A DNA stretch of 64,000 bases from the NCBI GenBank assembly GCA_951406725.2, contig OX597825.1, positions 71,114,001-71,178,000 on the forward strand, in the 5' to 3' direction. Shown piece after piece: positions 25,370 through 38,409 of this stretch (position 1 is its first letter; each line of letters opens with the position of its first letter). The notes below the pieces were generated by a model. The model did not search any database and was not told the origin of the DNA. It worked only from the letters and a program-made list of their open reading frames with translations. Position numbers and translations under genes: made by a program. Source of the stretch: Octopus vulgaris. Taxonomy: Eukaryota.

Positions 25370-26101
25370 TATGTAAATCATCATCATCATCATCATCATT
25401 GTCATCACCATACAACTCAAAGTAAGAGCTGAGGTAAAAGCATAACTGGGATTATTTGCAGCTGTTGACAAGATTCTACTTATTATTATTTATTTATGCG
25501 CCCATTTTAAGCCTAGCCAGGTTCATGTTCCCGGTTTCTATGGCATATGTGTTCCCCCCAGCTGGACGGGATGCCAGTCCATCGTAGTGTTATTCAAGAA
25601 ACAGGAGGAAAGAGTGAGAGAAAGTTGGGGCGAAAGAGTACAACAGGGGTCACTACCACCACCTGCCGGAACCTTGTGGAGCTTTAGGTGTTTTCGCTCA
25701 ATAAACATTCACAACGCCCGTCTGGGAATCGAAACCGCGATCCTCAGACTGCGAGTCCTCTGCCCTAACCACTGGGCCATTGTGCCTCCTTTCTTTTTGG
25801 AACAGTTTTGGCACAAATAATTTACAGTTATTGATATACAATGTAATAAAACAATCAATTTGAACATTTTCGAGCTGATAACATTTCATTGATATTGATA
25901 TAATATAATTTAAGAATGAAAACACTGATGTACTTTCATGTTTATATAACATTCCATTGTTACTAATATAGTCTTGTTACTTTACTCATATATTCTTATT
26001 TAAGTAAACACACAAGCAGAATAAAAAGTAGATGCTTGCAAAATATAATGAATGAGAATCGCAGTTGGTTATCTTGATAATGTATCAGTTATCATCTAAT
26101 G

Positions 26102-26388
26102 AAGTGGTCCCCATACTTCATTGCACCATGAACTAATTTTATGCAAAACAGTTTTTTCACAGACCTGGGTATGAAGCACAGAACAAAGCACAATAAAGTG
26201 CATAACATAACTTAATTATTACACATATAAGTACATATATATTACATGTATGATACAAAAATAATCAGCAGACTGTGATATCCAATAAAACAGAAATAGA
26301 ATATATAAATTTATTCTTTCTGTGCAGCCTGGTGCTAAATAATCTATGACCTAGTACTGGTCTGTGGCATTGTGACTGAGGACCTCTG
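26102..26388. mobile_element. hAT (Charlie-like) MITE
   Basis: Ends AAGTGGTCCCCA / TGAGGACCTCTG; 8-bp flanks ATCTAATG / ATCTAGAG resemble the NTCTAGAN target. Confidence 0.6.
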
Positions 26389-26544
26389 ATCTAGAGTATT
26401 GGTCTTCTGGTTGGAAGGTAAGCAGTTTATATACTGTTATGGGCATAGTAATATACTATGTTGGGAGGAGAATTGAGGGTTAATGACAAGAGCAGTGGTT
26501 CTCAGCTGGGGTCCATATGGCCTTCGAGGATCTGTATAAGATTT

Positions 26545-26788
26545 TGGAGCATCCATGCCACAAAATACTATTTTAAAGTCCCCTGGAAAAAATATTACTT
26601 TAGAACAGGGGTGAGGAAACCCCCACCCATGGGCACAATTATGCCTGCAAGCCCATTTTATTGTGCTGGAGCATCCATGCCACAAAATACTATTTTAAAG
26701 TCCCCTGGAAAAAATATTACTTTAGACCAGGGGTGAGGAAACCCCCACCCATGGGCACAATTGTGCCCGCAAGCCCATTTTATTGTGC
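26545..26788. repeat. 122-bp tandem duplication within nested hAT-like MITE ends
   Basis: 26545-26666 vs 26667-26788, three substitutions seen; host begins CAGTGGTTCTCA at 26493. Confidence 0.92.
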
Positions 26789-27169
26789 CTGCAGGTTGAT
26801 ATACTCACATGTACAAAATATAGAAAAATTTTTCAATTATAAAATTTATACAATATTCGTATACCTATTTACAAAGTAGATCTCATTTCCACTATGACTT
26901 AAAATGATTAGACTTGAACATTACTATAAAATCGCCTAGTAATTGCCATTTGAATGGAAATTTTGTTTTCACTCTAAAACACATATTGCTAGGTTTGTAT
27001 CACCCCCTTGAGACCCAGCTACACTCTAGCTGAAAAATATAGAAACCTCATAAGTGATATAAACGTCCTAAATTCAGTGGCATTAATGAAGATGTTACAT
27101 ATTAATTTAATGTGTTAAACTTATCTTTGTTAATGTATATCAAATTATACATAGATATATACAAGATCT

Positions 27170-27432
27170 GTGGAGGCCCGTGGCTTAGTGGTTAGGGTGT
27201 CAGCATCATGATCGTAAGATTGTGGTTTCAGTTCCTGGATCAGGGTGACGCGTTGTGTTCTTGAGTAAAACACTTCATTTCACGTTGCTCCAGTCCACTC
27301 AGCTGGCAAAAATGAGTAACGCTGTGATGGACTGGCGTCCCGTCCAGCTGAGGAACACATACGCCATAGAAACCGGGAAACTGGGCCCATGAGCATGGCT
27401 AGGCTTTAAAAGGGTGCATTTATTTATTTATT
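27170..27432 (+). mobile_element. SINE family C, full length
   Basis: A-box TGGCTTAGTGG, B-box-like GGTTTCAGTTCC, (TTTA)n tail, 14-bp TSD TATATACAAGATCT. Confidence 0.92.
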
Positions 27433-27765
27433 TATATACAAGATCTACACAGATATAAGAGTTAGAACTTGTGGTCCGTCTGCAGACCTTTTTCTTTGGA
27501 AATTTTTTTCCCACTGCATTAAAAAGTTTCCCCAAACCTACTTTAGATGTATGTATTGGTACATATTACAAGAAACAGCTAGATTCCTTTCATGAATGTT
27601 TTATGCAATTCAACCTACACAAGTTAATGTGTGAAAAACAAAAAACGAATTTTGAAAAATATCACTATAAAACTTTTTTATAAACATCAAATAGCTATGG
27701 GTGTCCACCAAAATGAAATGATAATCAAAGGGGTCCATAGATAAAAAAAAATAGTCAAGAACCTC

Positions 27766-28588
27766 ATGGTTCAGGGTTCAGTCCCACTGCGTGACACCTT
27801 GGGCTAGTGTCTTCTACTATGGCTTCGGACCGACCAAAGCCTTGTGATTGGATTTGGTAGACGGAAACTGAAAGAAGCCCGTCATATATATGTACATATA
27901 TATGTGTATGTGTGTGTATATGTTTGTGTGTCTGTGTTTGTCCCCTCAACATTGCTTGACAACCGATGCTGGTGTGTTTACGTTCCCGTAACTTAGTGGT
28001 TTGGCAAAAGAGACTGATAGAATAAATACTGGGCTTACAAAGAATAAGTCCTGGGGTTGCTTTGCTCGACTAAAGGCGGTGCTCCAGCATGGCCACAGTC
28101 AAAATGACTGAAACAAGTAAAAGAGTATAACTGACAGAGGGTCAAGTCATACTCTGTCACTTAAATCTTTTTAGCTCAGTCGACCTAGCTGTAAATATCT
28201 TTATTACATGTTTCAGTCATTGGACTGTGGCCATGCTGGTGCACTGCCTTGAAGGTCTTAGTCAAACAAACCACTCTCAAGATTTATTCTTTTAAAGTCT
28301 GGTACTTATTCTATAGATCTCTTTTTTGCCAAACTGCTAAGTTATGCAGACATAAACAAACCATCACCAGTTGTCCAGTAATGGCAGGGGACGAACACAA
28401 ATATAAAGACACATGCACACTTATATATTATGGGCTTCTTCCAGATTCTGTCTACCAAATTCACTCATAAGGCTTTGGTTGGCATGGGTCTATAGCAGAA
28501 GACACTTGCCTAAGGTGTCATGCAGTGGACCTGAACCCAGAACCTTGTGGTTGGGAAGCAAACTTCTTACCACACAGCCACACCTGTG
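27766..28588. mobile_element. Tail-to-tail family A SINE pair (+ 27766-28127; - ~28200-28588)
   Basis: Homology to family A on opposite strands. Confidence 0.85.
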
Positions 28589-28899
28589 AACTAGAAAATA
28601 GTATGGGTCAATGCTATAAAGAGCAGGGGCATTAGGGAGTTGATAAGTTTATATACAACGGCATAAATCTGTCATAGATTGGTATCCTGATCAGGACGAT
28701 AAATCTCTTTGAACAATTCAATGCCTTTGAAAACTGGGTTAAGATTTTGGTACTGAAGGAGGTTTCCTGCTGCTTTCTCACACTCCATGAGCAGATGAAC
28801 TCAGTGGTGCAAGATAATGAAGCACTTGTCACCTATACAATGTTACATATTGACTGTTTTTGTTATTTTATTAATGCCCTTCCCCTTGCACTACATAAC

Positions 28900-28964
<65 letters not shown>

Positions 28965-30379
28965 CAACAACAACACCAACAAAAATTTCTTTTAATTTAC
29001 AAGAGACTTAGATATATATATGTGTGTGTGTCTGTGTATGTGCATGTGTGTGTGTGTGTGTGTGTGTCTGTGTGTGTGTGTGTGCAAGCATGGATGCGTG
29101 GTAAAGAAGTTTATTTTGCAACTAGATAGCTTTGGGTTCAGTTCCACTGCCCGGTACCTCGAACAACTTATTCATACACACACACACACACACACACACA
29201 CATATTTTGTGGGTGGAGACCCTCTTTCTTTTCTTTTGACTCTCCAACAGTTTCCCATCGTTCTCCAGTTTCTGTCTGCCCACCACCATCAGTTTGAGAT
29301 GGTGGGGAACATCCTGACATTTGTAGCCAATGGCTATTCCAGTACAAAATGGGAATGACTTTGAATTTTCTGTTATTGGTGGCCCTTGGTGCTACCAACA
29401 ATAAAGATGAGTCAATTAATTTTCTTCCATTCTGGCATTACTGGAAGTAGTCACAGAAATGGTTCTCTAGAAACAAAGCATAGTCTTCAACTATGGAGTT
29501 CCTTCTGTTGCTGCTGCTGTTGATGCTGCTGTTGCTGTTGAGCAAATGGTCTTCGTCCTAGAGCTCGCAAGATGGGAGAAGTCCGAAACGTGGTTCTTTG
29601 CTATTCGTAAGACCCGCAGAAGAGAAAGCAGGTCAACCCCCGACACCATGAGCATGGACGGATGGATGAATGCGCATCCAGGCTCAGCAGTTGTGTAGGA
29701 AGTCGGGGACAAGAAACAGGAAGAAAGTGTGAGAGAAAGTTGGAGCAAAAGAGTACAACAAGGGTCGCCACCACCCCCTGCCGGAGCCTTGGTGGAGCTT
29801 TAGGTGTTTTCACTTAATAAACACACACAACGCCCAGTCTGGGAATTGAAACTGCAATCCTCCGGCCACGAGTCCGCTGCCCTAACCATTGGGCCATTGT
29901 GCCTCCACTTCTGTTGCTGTTGTGTGTTACTCTATTCTTTTCCCTCTTCTTCTGGACAGACGGTTCTCAAGTAACCTTTACTTTGCCATGACACATGTAA
30001 CAATTAGGCCTTCTACTCCACACCACCATCATCATCATCAAAATTTTATATCCATTGTCCATGCTGGTATGGGTTGGGTGGCTTGACTCCAGTCTGATTT
30101 GGCATGGTTCCTATGGCTGGATGCTCTTCCTAATGCCAATCACTCCAAGAGTGTAAAGGGTTCTTTTATATGCCACTGGCACAGGTGCCATTAGCGTGAC
30201 ACCAGTATTTGTCACGTCTACAATTTCACTCGGCTTGATGGGTCTTTTACTCAAGCATGGCATATTGCCGAAGGTCTTGGTCACTTATCATTGCTTCTGT
30301 GAGGCCCAACACTCAAAAGGTGCTTTTTACATGCCACCGAAGTGGATGCTACTTATGTGACACCAATATCGGCCACATT

Positions 30380-30776
30380 ACTCTCTCTTTTACTCTTTTA
30401 CTTGTTTCAGTCATTTAACTGCGGCCATGCTGGAGCACCGCCTTTAATCGAGCAACTCGACCCCGGGACTTATTGTTTTGTAAGCCCAGTACTTATTCTA
30501 TCGGTCTCTTTTGCTGAACCGCTAAGTAACAGGGACATAAACACACCAGCATCGGTTGTCAAGCAATGCTAGGGGGACAAACACAGACACACAAACACAC
30601 ACACGCATATATATATATACGATGGGCTTCTTTCAGTTTCCGTCTAACAAATCCACTCACAAGGCTTTGGTCGGCCCGAGGCTATAGTAGAAGACACTTG
30701 CCCAAGGTGCCACACAGTGGGACTGAACCCGGAACCATGTGGTTGGTAAACAAGCTACTTACCACACAGCCACTCC
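30380..30776 (-). mobile_element. SINE family A
   Basis: Reverse-complement homologue. Confidence 0.9.
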
Positions 30777-32349
30777 ATTGCTTCTGTTATATTTATTCCC
30801 TCTCCTATGTTCCCTCAATAAGGTACAGCTCCAGATAGAAGGAACAGGGGCATGGATTTTATCATGAACTAGAGCTGCATGCAGGCCCCCACATGAACTA
30901 CATGTTATTGGGGGTCGCCTCCATGGTTAACACATGTTTGTACTCTCATGTAAATGCAATAACAGACCAAGAATTAATACGTCAATGTCTTTGGACCTTG
31001 ATCTGTGGCACTACTCCCCACGTTTTTGAAAATCAGAGGTAAGTCAACTTCTTCCTCTTCACCCTCTGATGTACAGACAGAACAACAAATTTTCAGCATT
31101 GAGGATGAATGAAACCAGCTCAACCCACCCCGGGTGAATGCTGTCTCAAGACAAAAAGAAGACTACAGTGTGAACAGGTATGTGTGGCACACCTATTCTA
31201 AATGTCTTATTGTTTGATTGTGAACCTTATAAATCAGACACACATTCACATATATGTTCTGTCCCAGCTACTGAAGCATAGAACTTGCCCCACATCAATC
31301 AGAGCTTTGTCCAGCCCCTATTCCAAGAGCCTATGGAAACCCCAATCCCCACTTTTTGAAAATCAGAGGTAAGTCACCTTCTTCCTCTTCACCCTCTCAT
31401 GTACAGACAGAACTACAAATTTTCAGTTAAATTGACCTCAGGGTTTGACTGGTATTTATCTTATCAACCCCCTCAAGAATTAAAGGCAAAGTCGCCCTTG
31501 GCAGGATTTGAACTCAGGATACTTTTAAGGCTGTAACTCAATTCTGCAAGGCATTTTGTGTAATGTTCTACTAATTCTGCTAAACACCCTTTTTTCTCAT
31601 AGTGCTAAATATCAGTTGTATTTGTTTCAAGCTTACTTTGAACTTAAACAAGTTAAATGGTCTTCTTCTAAATTGTTTTATGTCTAGGAATTACTCTGAG
31701 AAGTGGGCCATTCTGATAAAATCTAAGGAGTTGCCTAACCAGTTGAAATGTGCGAGAGCAAACCAAGTAGTTAGCTATTTAAGAAGAATAGCTTTTCGTG
31801 AGTGAAACAGAAGATGCCAGTCTTGTTGCTGAAAAAGAAGGCAAAGAAGGGATATATTATGACATATGTCAAGAGTCGTAGTATCATGAGGATTAAATTT
31901 CAATTTAACTCTACGTTAAACCGCAATAAAAAAATTTTTTTTTAAATAAACAAAAACAAAAACCACAATGAAAAATAAATAGAACTAGTTCAACTTAATT
32001 CTCGGCATACATAAATATTGTAAGAGGAGTCACCTGATGCAAAATAATATTTTAGAAATAGTTACATAACTGGTCAAAATATATTCTATCAAGAACAGTC
32101 TGATTTATATGTAAAAATGAAAAATTGGCCCAAAGACTCTTATTTTTTTTCTCCTTAGTATTGAGAAGCTATTGGCAATCTGCCATAGACAATTGGTAAG
32201 AAAAATACAATTATTGCAGGAACAGATCTTCATAAGTATGTTTGAGCTAAAAGAATACTGAATCAATAATTTGTTTCAGGTGAGCGAGAGGAAGTAAATA
32301 ACATCTGAAAGAGGTTTTAATTTAGTTCAGCCTTATATAACAACTGACC

Positions 32350-32725
32350 TTTTGTCTTTTATCTTTTGCATGTTTCACTCATTGGACAGCAGCCATGCTG
32401 GAGCACTGCCTCAAAGGGTTGTAGTTGAACAAACCAACCCCAGGACTTAAATTTGTTGAAGCCTGGTAGTTATTCTATTGGATCTTTCCCTTTTTTTTTT
32501 CTTTTTTTGCTGCTCTGCTTGCTAAGTTATGGGGACATAAACAAACCAACATCGATTGTAAGAGACAGTGGGAGACAGATACAAGCAGGTTCAGTCCCAC
32601 TGCGTGGCACCTTGGGCAAGTGTCTCCTACTATAGCCTAGGGCTGACCAAAGCCTTGTGAGTAGATTTGGTAGACGGAAACTGAAAGAAGCCCGTCGTAT
32701 ATATGTATATATATATGTGTATATA

Positions 32726-32768
<43 letters not shown>

Positions 32769-33636
32769 CATTTCATCTAGTTTCAGCTCACAAGCTGTGG
32801 CCATGCGGGGCACTGCTATATATATATGTATATATATATGTGTATATATATATGTATGTATGTATATATATGTGTATATGTATGTATGTGTATATGTTTG
32901 TGTGCTTGTCCCCACCAACATCGCTTGACAACCGATGCTGGTGTGTTAATGTCCCCGTCACTTAGCGGTTCGGCAAAAAGAGACTGATAGAATAAGTACT
33001 AGGCCTACAAAGAATAAGTCCTGGAGTTGATTTGCTCGGCTAAAGGCGGTGCTCCAGCATGGCCACAGTCAAAATGACTGAAATAAGTAAAAGAGTAATG
33101 GTGTCATGTAAAATGCACCAAGTACACTCTGTAAACTCTGTTGGTGTTAGGAAGGGCATCTAGCTATAGAAATTAAGCTAAAACAGACAAGGGAACTTGG
33201 TGTGACCCTTGTCCTTGCTAGTTCCTGCACTGTCCTAGCCATAAATATCTTTATTACATGTTTCAATCAATGGGCTGTGGCCATGCTGGTGCACTCTCTT
33301 GAAGGTCTTAGTCAAACAAACCACTCTCAAGATTTATTCTTTTAAAGTCTGGTACTTATTCTATTTATCTCTTTTTGCCAAACTGCTAAGTTATGTAGAC
33401 ATAAACAAACCAACACCAGTTGTCCAGTAATGGCAGGGGACGAACACAAATATAAAGACACATACACACTTGTATGTGATGGGCTTCTTCCAGATTCTGT
33501 CTACCAAATTCACTCATAAGGCTTTGGTTGGCATGGGTCTATAGCAGAAGACACTTGCCTAAGGTGTCATGTAGTGGGCCTGAACCCAGAACTGTGTGGT
33601 TAGGAAGCAAACTTCTTACCACACAGCCACACCTGT
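32350..33636. mobile_element. Cluster of family A SINEs (-, +, -)
   Basis: ~32350-32585(-), 32588-33098(+), ~33250-33636(-). Confidence 0.85.
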
Positions 33637-34753
33637 GAACTAGAAAATAGTAAGGGTCAATGCTATAAACAGCAGAGGTAATGTTTGCTGATGCCAGTGT
33701 TGTGCAATTAGCACCTGTGCCAGCATGGAAAACGGGTATTAAATGTTGACGGTGATGATGATGATGATGATGAAGACTGTAGTCTGATGGAAGAAAAAGA
33801 GAACAGAAAAAGAAGCAAACGGGGTAAAGAAATACAGAGACTTTACCTGTTGACCTAGGTGGGATGAGCGATCGCTCTCAAGAAGTAAACATGTCCTTGC
33901 ACGCTGCCGTCTCCCGTTGAATTGCCCCATGTGCTTCATGTCCACGCATGCGACTGTGGCTGTGCCGCCAGCCCTTGCAGTCTTTACTTCTGTCTACCTC
34001 ATCTGCAATCCTCTCCACCAACACCACATAGCTCATCACAGCCCATAACACCACAAACACCACAATGACATTGGGCTTCTTTCAGTTTCCTTCTAAGAAA
34101 TTTATTCACAAGTCTTTAGTCAGCTCGGTGCTTTAGTAGAAGAGATTTGCCCAAGGTACCACACAGTGGAACTGAACCCAGAACTGTGTGGTTGGGAAGA
34201 AAAACTTCTTACTACACAGTTATGCCTCCGCCTGTGACATTGGTTCAAAATTAGAATTGTGATGGGACGAAGGAGGTGGTGATGGTGGTGGATGTGATGG
34301 AGGTGGTAGCGATGGTAGGCAGGTAAGACTGTCTTGAGTAAAATAGAGGATAAGAGATGTTAGAATAAAGACAGAAAGGGGTTAGAGAGAGAGAGGGGGT
34401 GAAAGGAAGCTCAAGAGTAAAAGAGGGAGGGAGGGAAAGAGTGAGAATAAAAGGAAGGGAAGTACAAATTATGAGAAAGAGAAGAAAAGAGACAGACAGA
34501 CGAGACAAAATGAAGAACTGATAATGATAAATATGGGTGTGAAGATGTGTGTATGTACTAGGATAAATATATATATATATACATATTAGTATAAATATAT
34601 ATACATACATATATATGTATGTGTGTGCTTGTGTGTGTGTATACACAGAAACACACACACATATATGTATATGTGTACATAGATATGTGTGTGCGTTTAT
34701 ATACATATATACATGCATACATACATGCATACATACATACATACATACATACA

Positions 34754-34784
<31 letters not shown>

Positions 34785-34838
34785 GTAGTTCATATATCAT
34801 GTGTTTCTTTTCTGGACATGTGAACTACTGGCAATATG

Positions 34839-34889
<51 letters not shown>

Positions 34890-35108
34890 GTATGTATGAA
34901 TGAATGTATGTATGTATATGTATATATATGTGTGTGGGTGTATGTATAGATATGTGTATATATCTATCAATATATATATATGTATACACACACACACACA
35001 CATAGTTATATACATAACGAGGGAGAGAAAAGGAGAGTAAGGGAGAAAGAGAGAAAGACAGTGATAAGAAGACATTACAAACAAAAGGGGACAAAAACAA
35101 AAATTCCT

Positions 35109-35141
<33 letters not shown>

Positions 35142-35419
35142 TTAAAAACAAACGATTTTTATTTGTGTTGAGGTAGATTTCCTCGACGGAGCAAAACAGT
35201 TTCCTGTCCTGTGATACGGCCGGTTCGATTATTGTTTGGTCGTGTGGACGGTGGTAATCAATAGTGTACAATATCGCTGATTAGTGAACACTGAATGAAG
35301 AAAGGAAGCAAGCTGTATGATGTGACTGAATGATTCTTTTACTGGCTGGTGCTGTGTAAATAGTAGAAATGATGTAAATATTGAGAGTACGAGCTTACGT
35401 CTCTTTCTATGTAACGTTT

Positions 35420-35765
<346 letters not shown>

Positions 35766-36584
35766 TTGCCACTTAGATCTCGTACGCTATGAGAAGCTGT
35801 TAATGTAACACTGCTGTTAAAGTGACAATATTCTCTTGTATGTTTCAAATTTCGTCGAGGTCGGCTTTGCCTTTCATCCTTTCGAGGGGGGGGGGTCGAT
35901 AAATTAAGTACCAGTTGGATGCTGGAGTCGATCTAATCGACTGGCACTCTGCCACCAAATTTCAGGTCTTGTGCCTAGAGTAGATAAGAAAATTCCCTTG
36001 TATGGGCGTACATATGTTTATATGCATGCATGCATGTATGTATATAAGTATCTATGAGCGTGTATGTATGTGTATGCAGGTATGTCTAAGTATGTGTGCA
36101 TGTATATATATGTATGTGTGTATATGTATATGTGTGTGTATGTATGTATGTATGTATGTATGTATGTATGTATGTATGTATGTATGTATGTATGTATGTG
36201 TGTATGTATATGTATGTATGTGTGTACATATGTATGTATGTATGTTTGTATGTATGTATCATTTTCACTCTTTTTGAGTTAATTTTAACTGGTGCTGCCT
36301 GTTTGGCAGCAAAGTTGTAAAAGAAAGCATCTTATTTTGTTCATCATCCTTTAGATCTGAAGTTCTTGCAGATTTTTAGTGTCCCAGATATCGTGATCAT
36401 TTATAACCAAAGAATTAAGGAATTACACCATCTCCCCCAAGAACCCAAGTTCTGCCATACTTTGCATTCTTCGCATTCAAACAACTTTTCGTAATAGTAT
36501 TTCTAATACATTTTCCTCACAGCATCTATGGTATCATGTGCCCTGCTGTTATTCCACATATAACTTTCCTAAATGATATTTTCG

Positions 36585-37029
36585 CCGCCTTGACTGGCTT
36601 CTGTGCTGGTGGCATGTGACCTGCTGTGCTTGACGAGACCCATTGAGTCAAGTTCATCAACATCAAAATAAATATCAAATGGAAATTTTAGTTGTGATAC
36701 CTGTGCCGCTGGCACGTAAAAAACACCATCCAAACGTGGCCGATGCCAGCGCCACCTTGACTGGCTTCTGTGCCGGTGGCACGTAAAAAGCACCAACTGA
36801 TTGTGACTGCTGCCTGCCTCTCCTGGCACCTGTGCCAGTGGCACATAAGAAGCACCCACTACACTCACTGAGTGGTTGGTGTTAGGAAGGGCATCCAGCT
36901 GTAGAAACACTGCTAGATCAGACTGGAGCCTGGTGCAGCCTCCTGGCTTCCCAGACCCCGGTCAAACCGTCCAACCCATGCTAGCATGGAAAACGGATGT
37001 TAAATGATGATGATGATGATGATGATGAT
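36585..37029 (+). mobile_element. Family D element with (GAT)n tail
   Basis: Internal GGCACGTAAAAAGCACC repeats, TTAGGAAGGGCATCCAGC, CCATGCTAGCATGG palindrome, GAT tail; reverse copy at 61350-61825. Confidence 0.8.
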
Positions 37030-37219
37030 TTACACTGGCACATAAGAAGCCAAGTTGGCAGAAGTGTTAGCACACCAGGCAAAATGCAGAACAACATTTC
37101 TTCCAGCTTTATGTTCTGAGTTCAAATTCTGCCAAAATCACCTCTGCCTTTAATTGTTTCAGGGTTGATAAAATAAGTACCACTTGAGCACTGGGGTTGA
37201 GTAAATCAGGGTCATCGAT

Positions 37220-37650
37220 TGTAACAGGATGAGAGATCCCCGCACTGGATGGGTGCAGCTTGCATCCTTTACATTAAATATTAATTGAAGAAAGATTCAA
37301 GATTTCCGATTAATTTCAACAGCATAAATATCTATTTCTTGATTCGCAATATAAACATTTCCTTCCTCTGGGCGAATCAGCAACCTAAGAGCTTATCAGC
37401 AGTAGTCAAGTGGAGTGAGTTAATCCTGCCCGCTCAAAAATAGCAGAGACGTACCATGAGGTAGCAGCTTGAGAGAGCTGATGGAGACACGTCTGTCTTG
37501 TTCAGCTGCTAGTGTCCAAGAGAGCGATACAAGAGAATTTCGCTGCTGCTAGTTTTCTGCACATGTGCATGAGGGAACTTCCGGCAGGCCTTCCGGAAGA
37601 ATCCAGCCCTGTGCATGTGTGCTGGAGATTTCCAATATGGCGTCACTACA
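37220..37650. mobile_element. Probable solo LTR (431 bp, Gypsy-like 4-bp TSD)
   Basis: TGTA...TACA termini; flanks CGAT / CAAT (one CpG transition); GC-richer than surroundings; internal hairpin ~37559-37622. Confidence 0.7.
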
Positions 37651-37994
37651 CAATTAATGTTCACCCGCAGAATCTGAGGCCTTGTGTCTTCATTCAAATG
37701 GATAACCACTGGCACACAGATTAGCAATCTGGAATACTTTATTCCTTAATCTTCTTGTCAAAGAAAATTAGCAAGCTTCATGCGTACTGTGTTTCCTCAT
37801 GCTTAAAGCTCTTTTGACAATCTGATTTTGTTTTTTGCTGCCCCTTTGCTTCCACTCATTTCAGGTCTGTCTCCTAGCTTTTATAGCTTTATCTAATATA
37901 ACATTCAACCATTCTGTAGCTCTATCATTTTATTTCTATAGCTCTATCTAGTGTACCTTCTATCATTCTATAGCTCTGTCTAGTCAACCATTCT

Positions 37995-38409
37995 TATATT
38001 TTTACTGCCCACAAGGGACTACACACAGAGGGGACAAATAAGGACAGACAAACGGATTAAGTCGATTATATCAACCCCAGGGTGTAACTGGTACTTATTT
38101 AATCGAACCCGAAAGGATGAAAGCAAAGTCGACCTCAGCGGAATTTGAACTCAGAATGTAACAGCAGATGAAATACCTATTTCTTTACTGCCCACAGGGG
38201 GCTACACACAGAGGGGACAAACAAGGACAGACAAATTGATTAAGTCAATTATATCGACCCCAGTGCATAACTGGTACTTATTTAATCGACCCCAAAAGGA
38301 TGAAAGGCAAAATCGACCTCGGCGGAATTTGAACTCAGAACGTAGCGACAAATGAAATACTGCTAAGCATTTCGCCCAGCATGCTAACGTTTCTGCCAGC
38401 TCGCCACCT
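37995..38409 (-). mobile_element. SINE family B with internally duplicated 3' part
   Basis: 18-bp TSD TGTCTAGTCAACCATTCT at 37977-37994 and 38410-38427; sits in a degenerate CTATAGCTCTATC minisatellite (~37875-38490). Confidence 0.88.

Noticed and set aside
27170-27245. tRNA gene
   Set aside because: tRNA-derived SINE head with body, tail and TSD; no complete cloverleaf
32159-32195. 37-nt + strand microexon (IEKLLAICHRQL) with good splice signals; similar candidate at 55226-55263
   Set aside because: No recognisable homology or partner exons; expected by chance in AT-rich DNA
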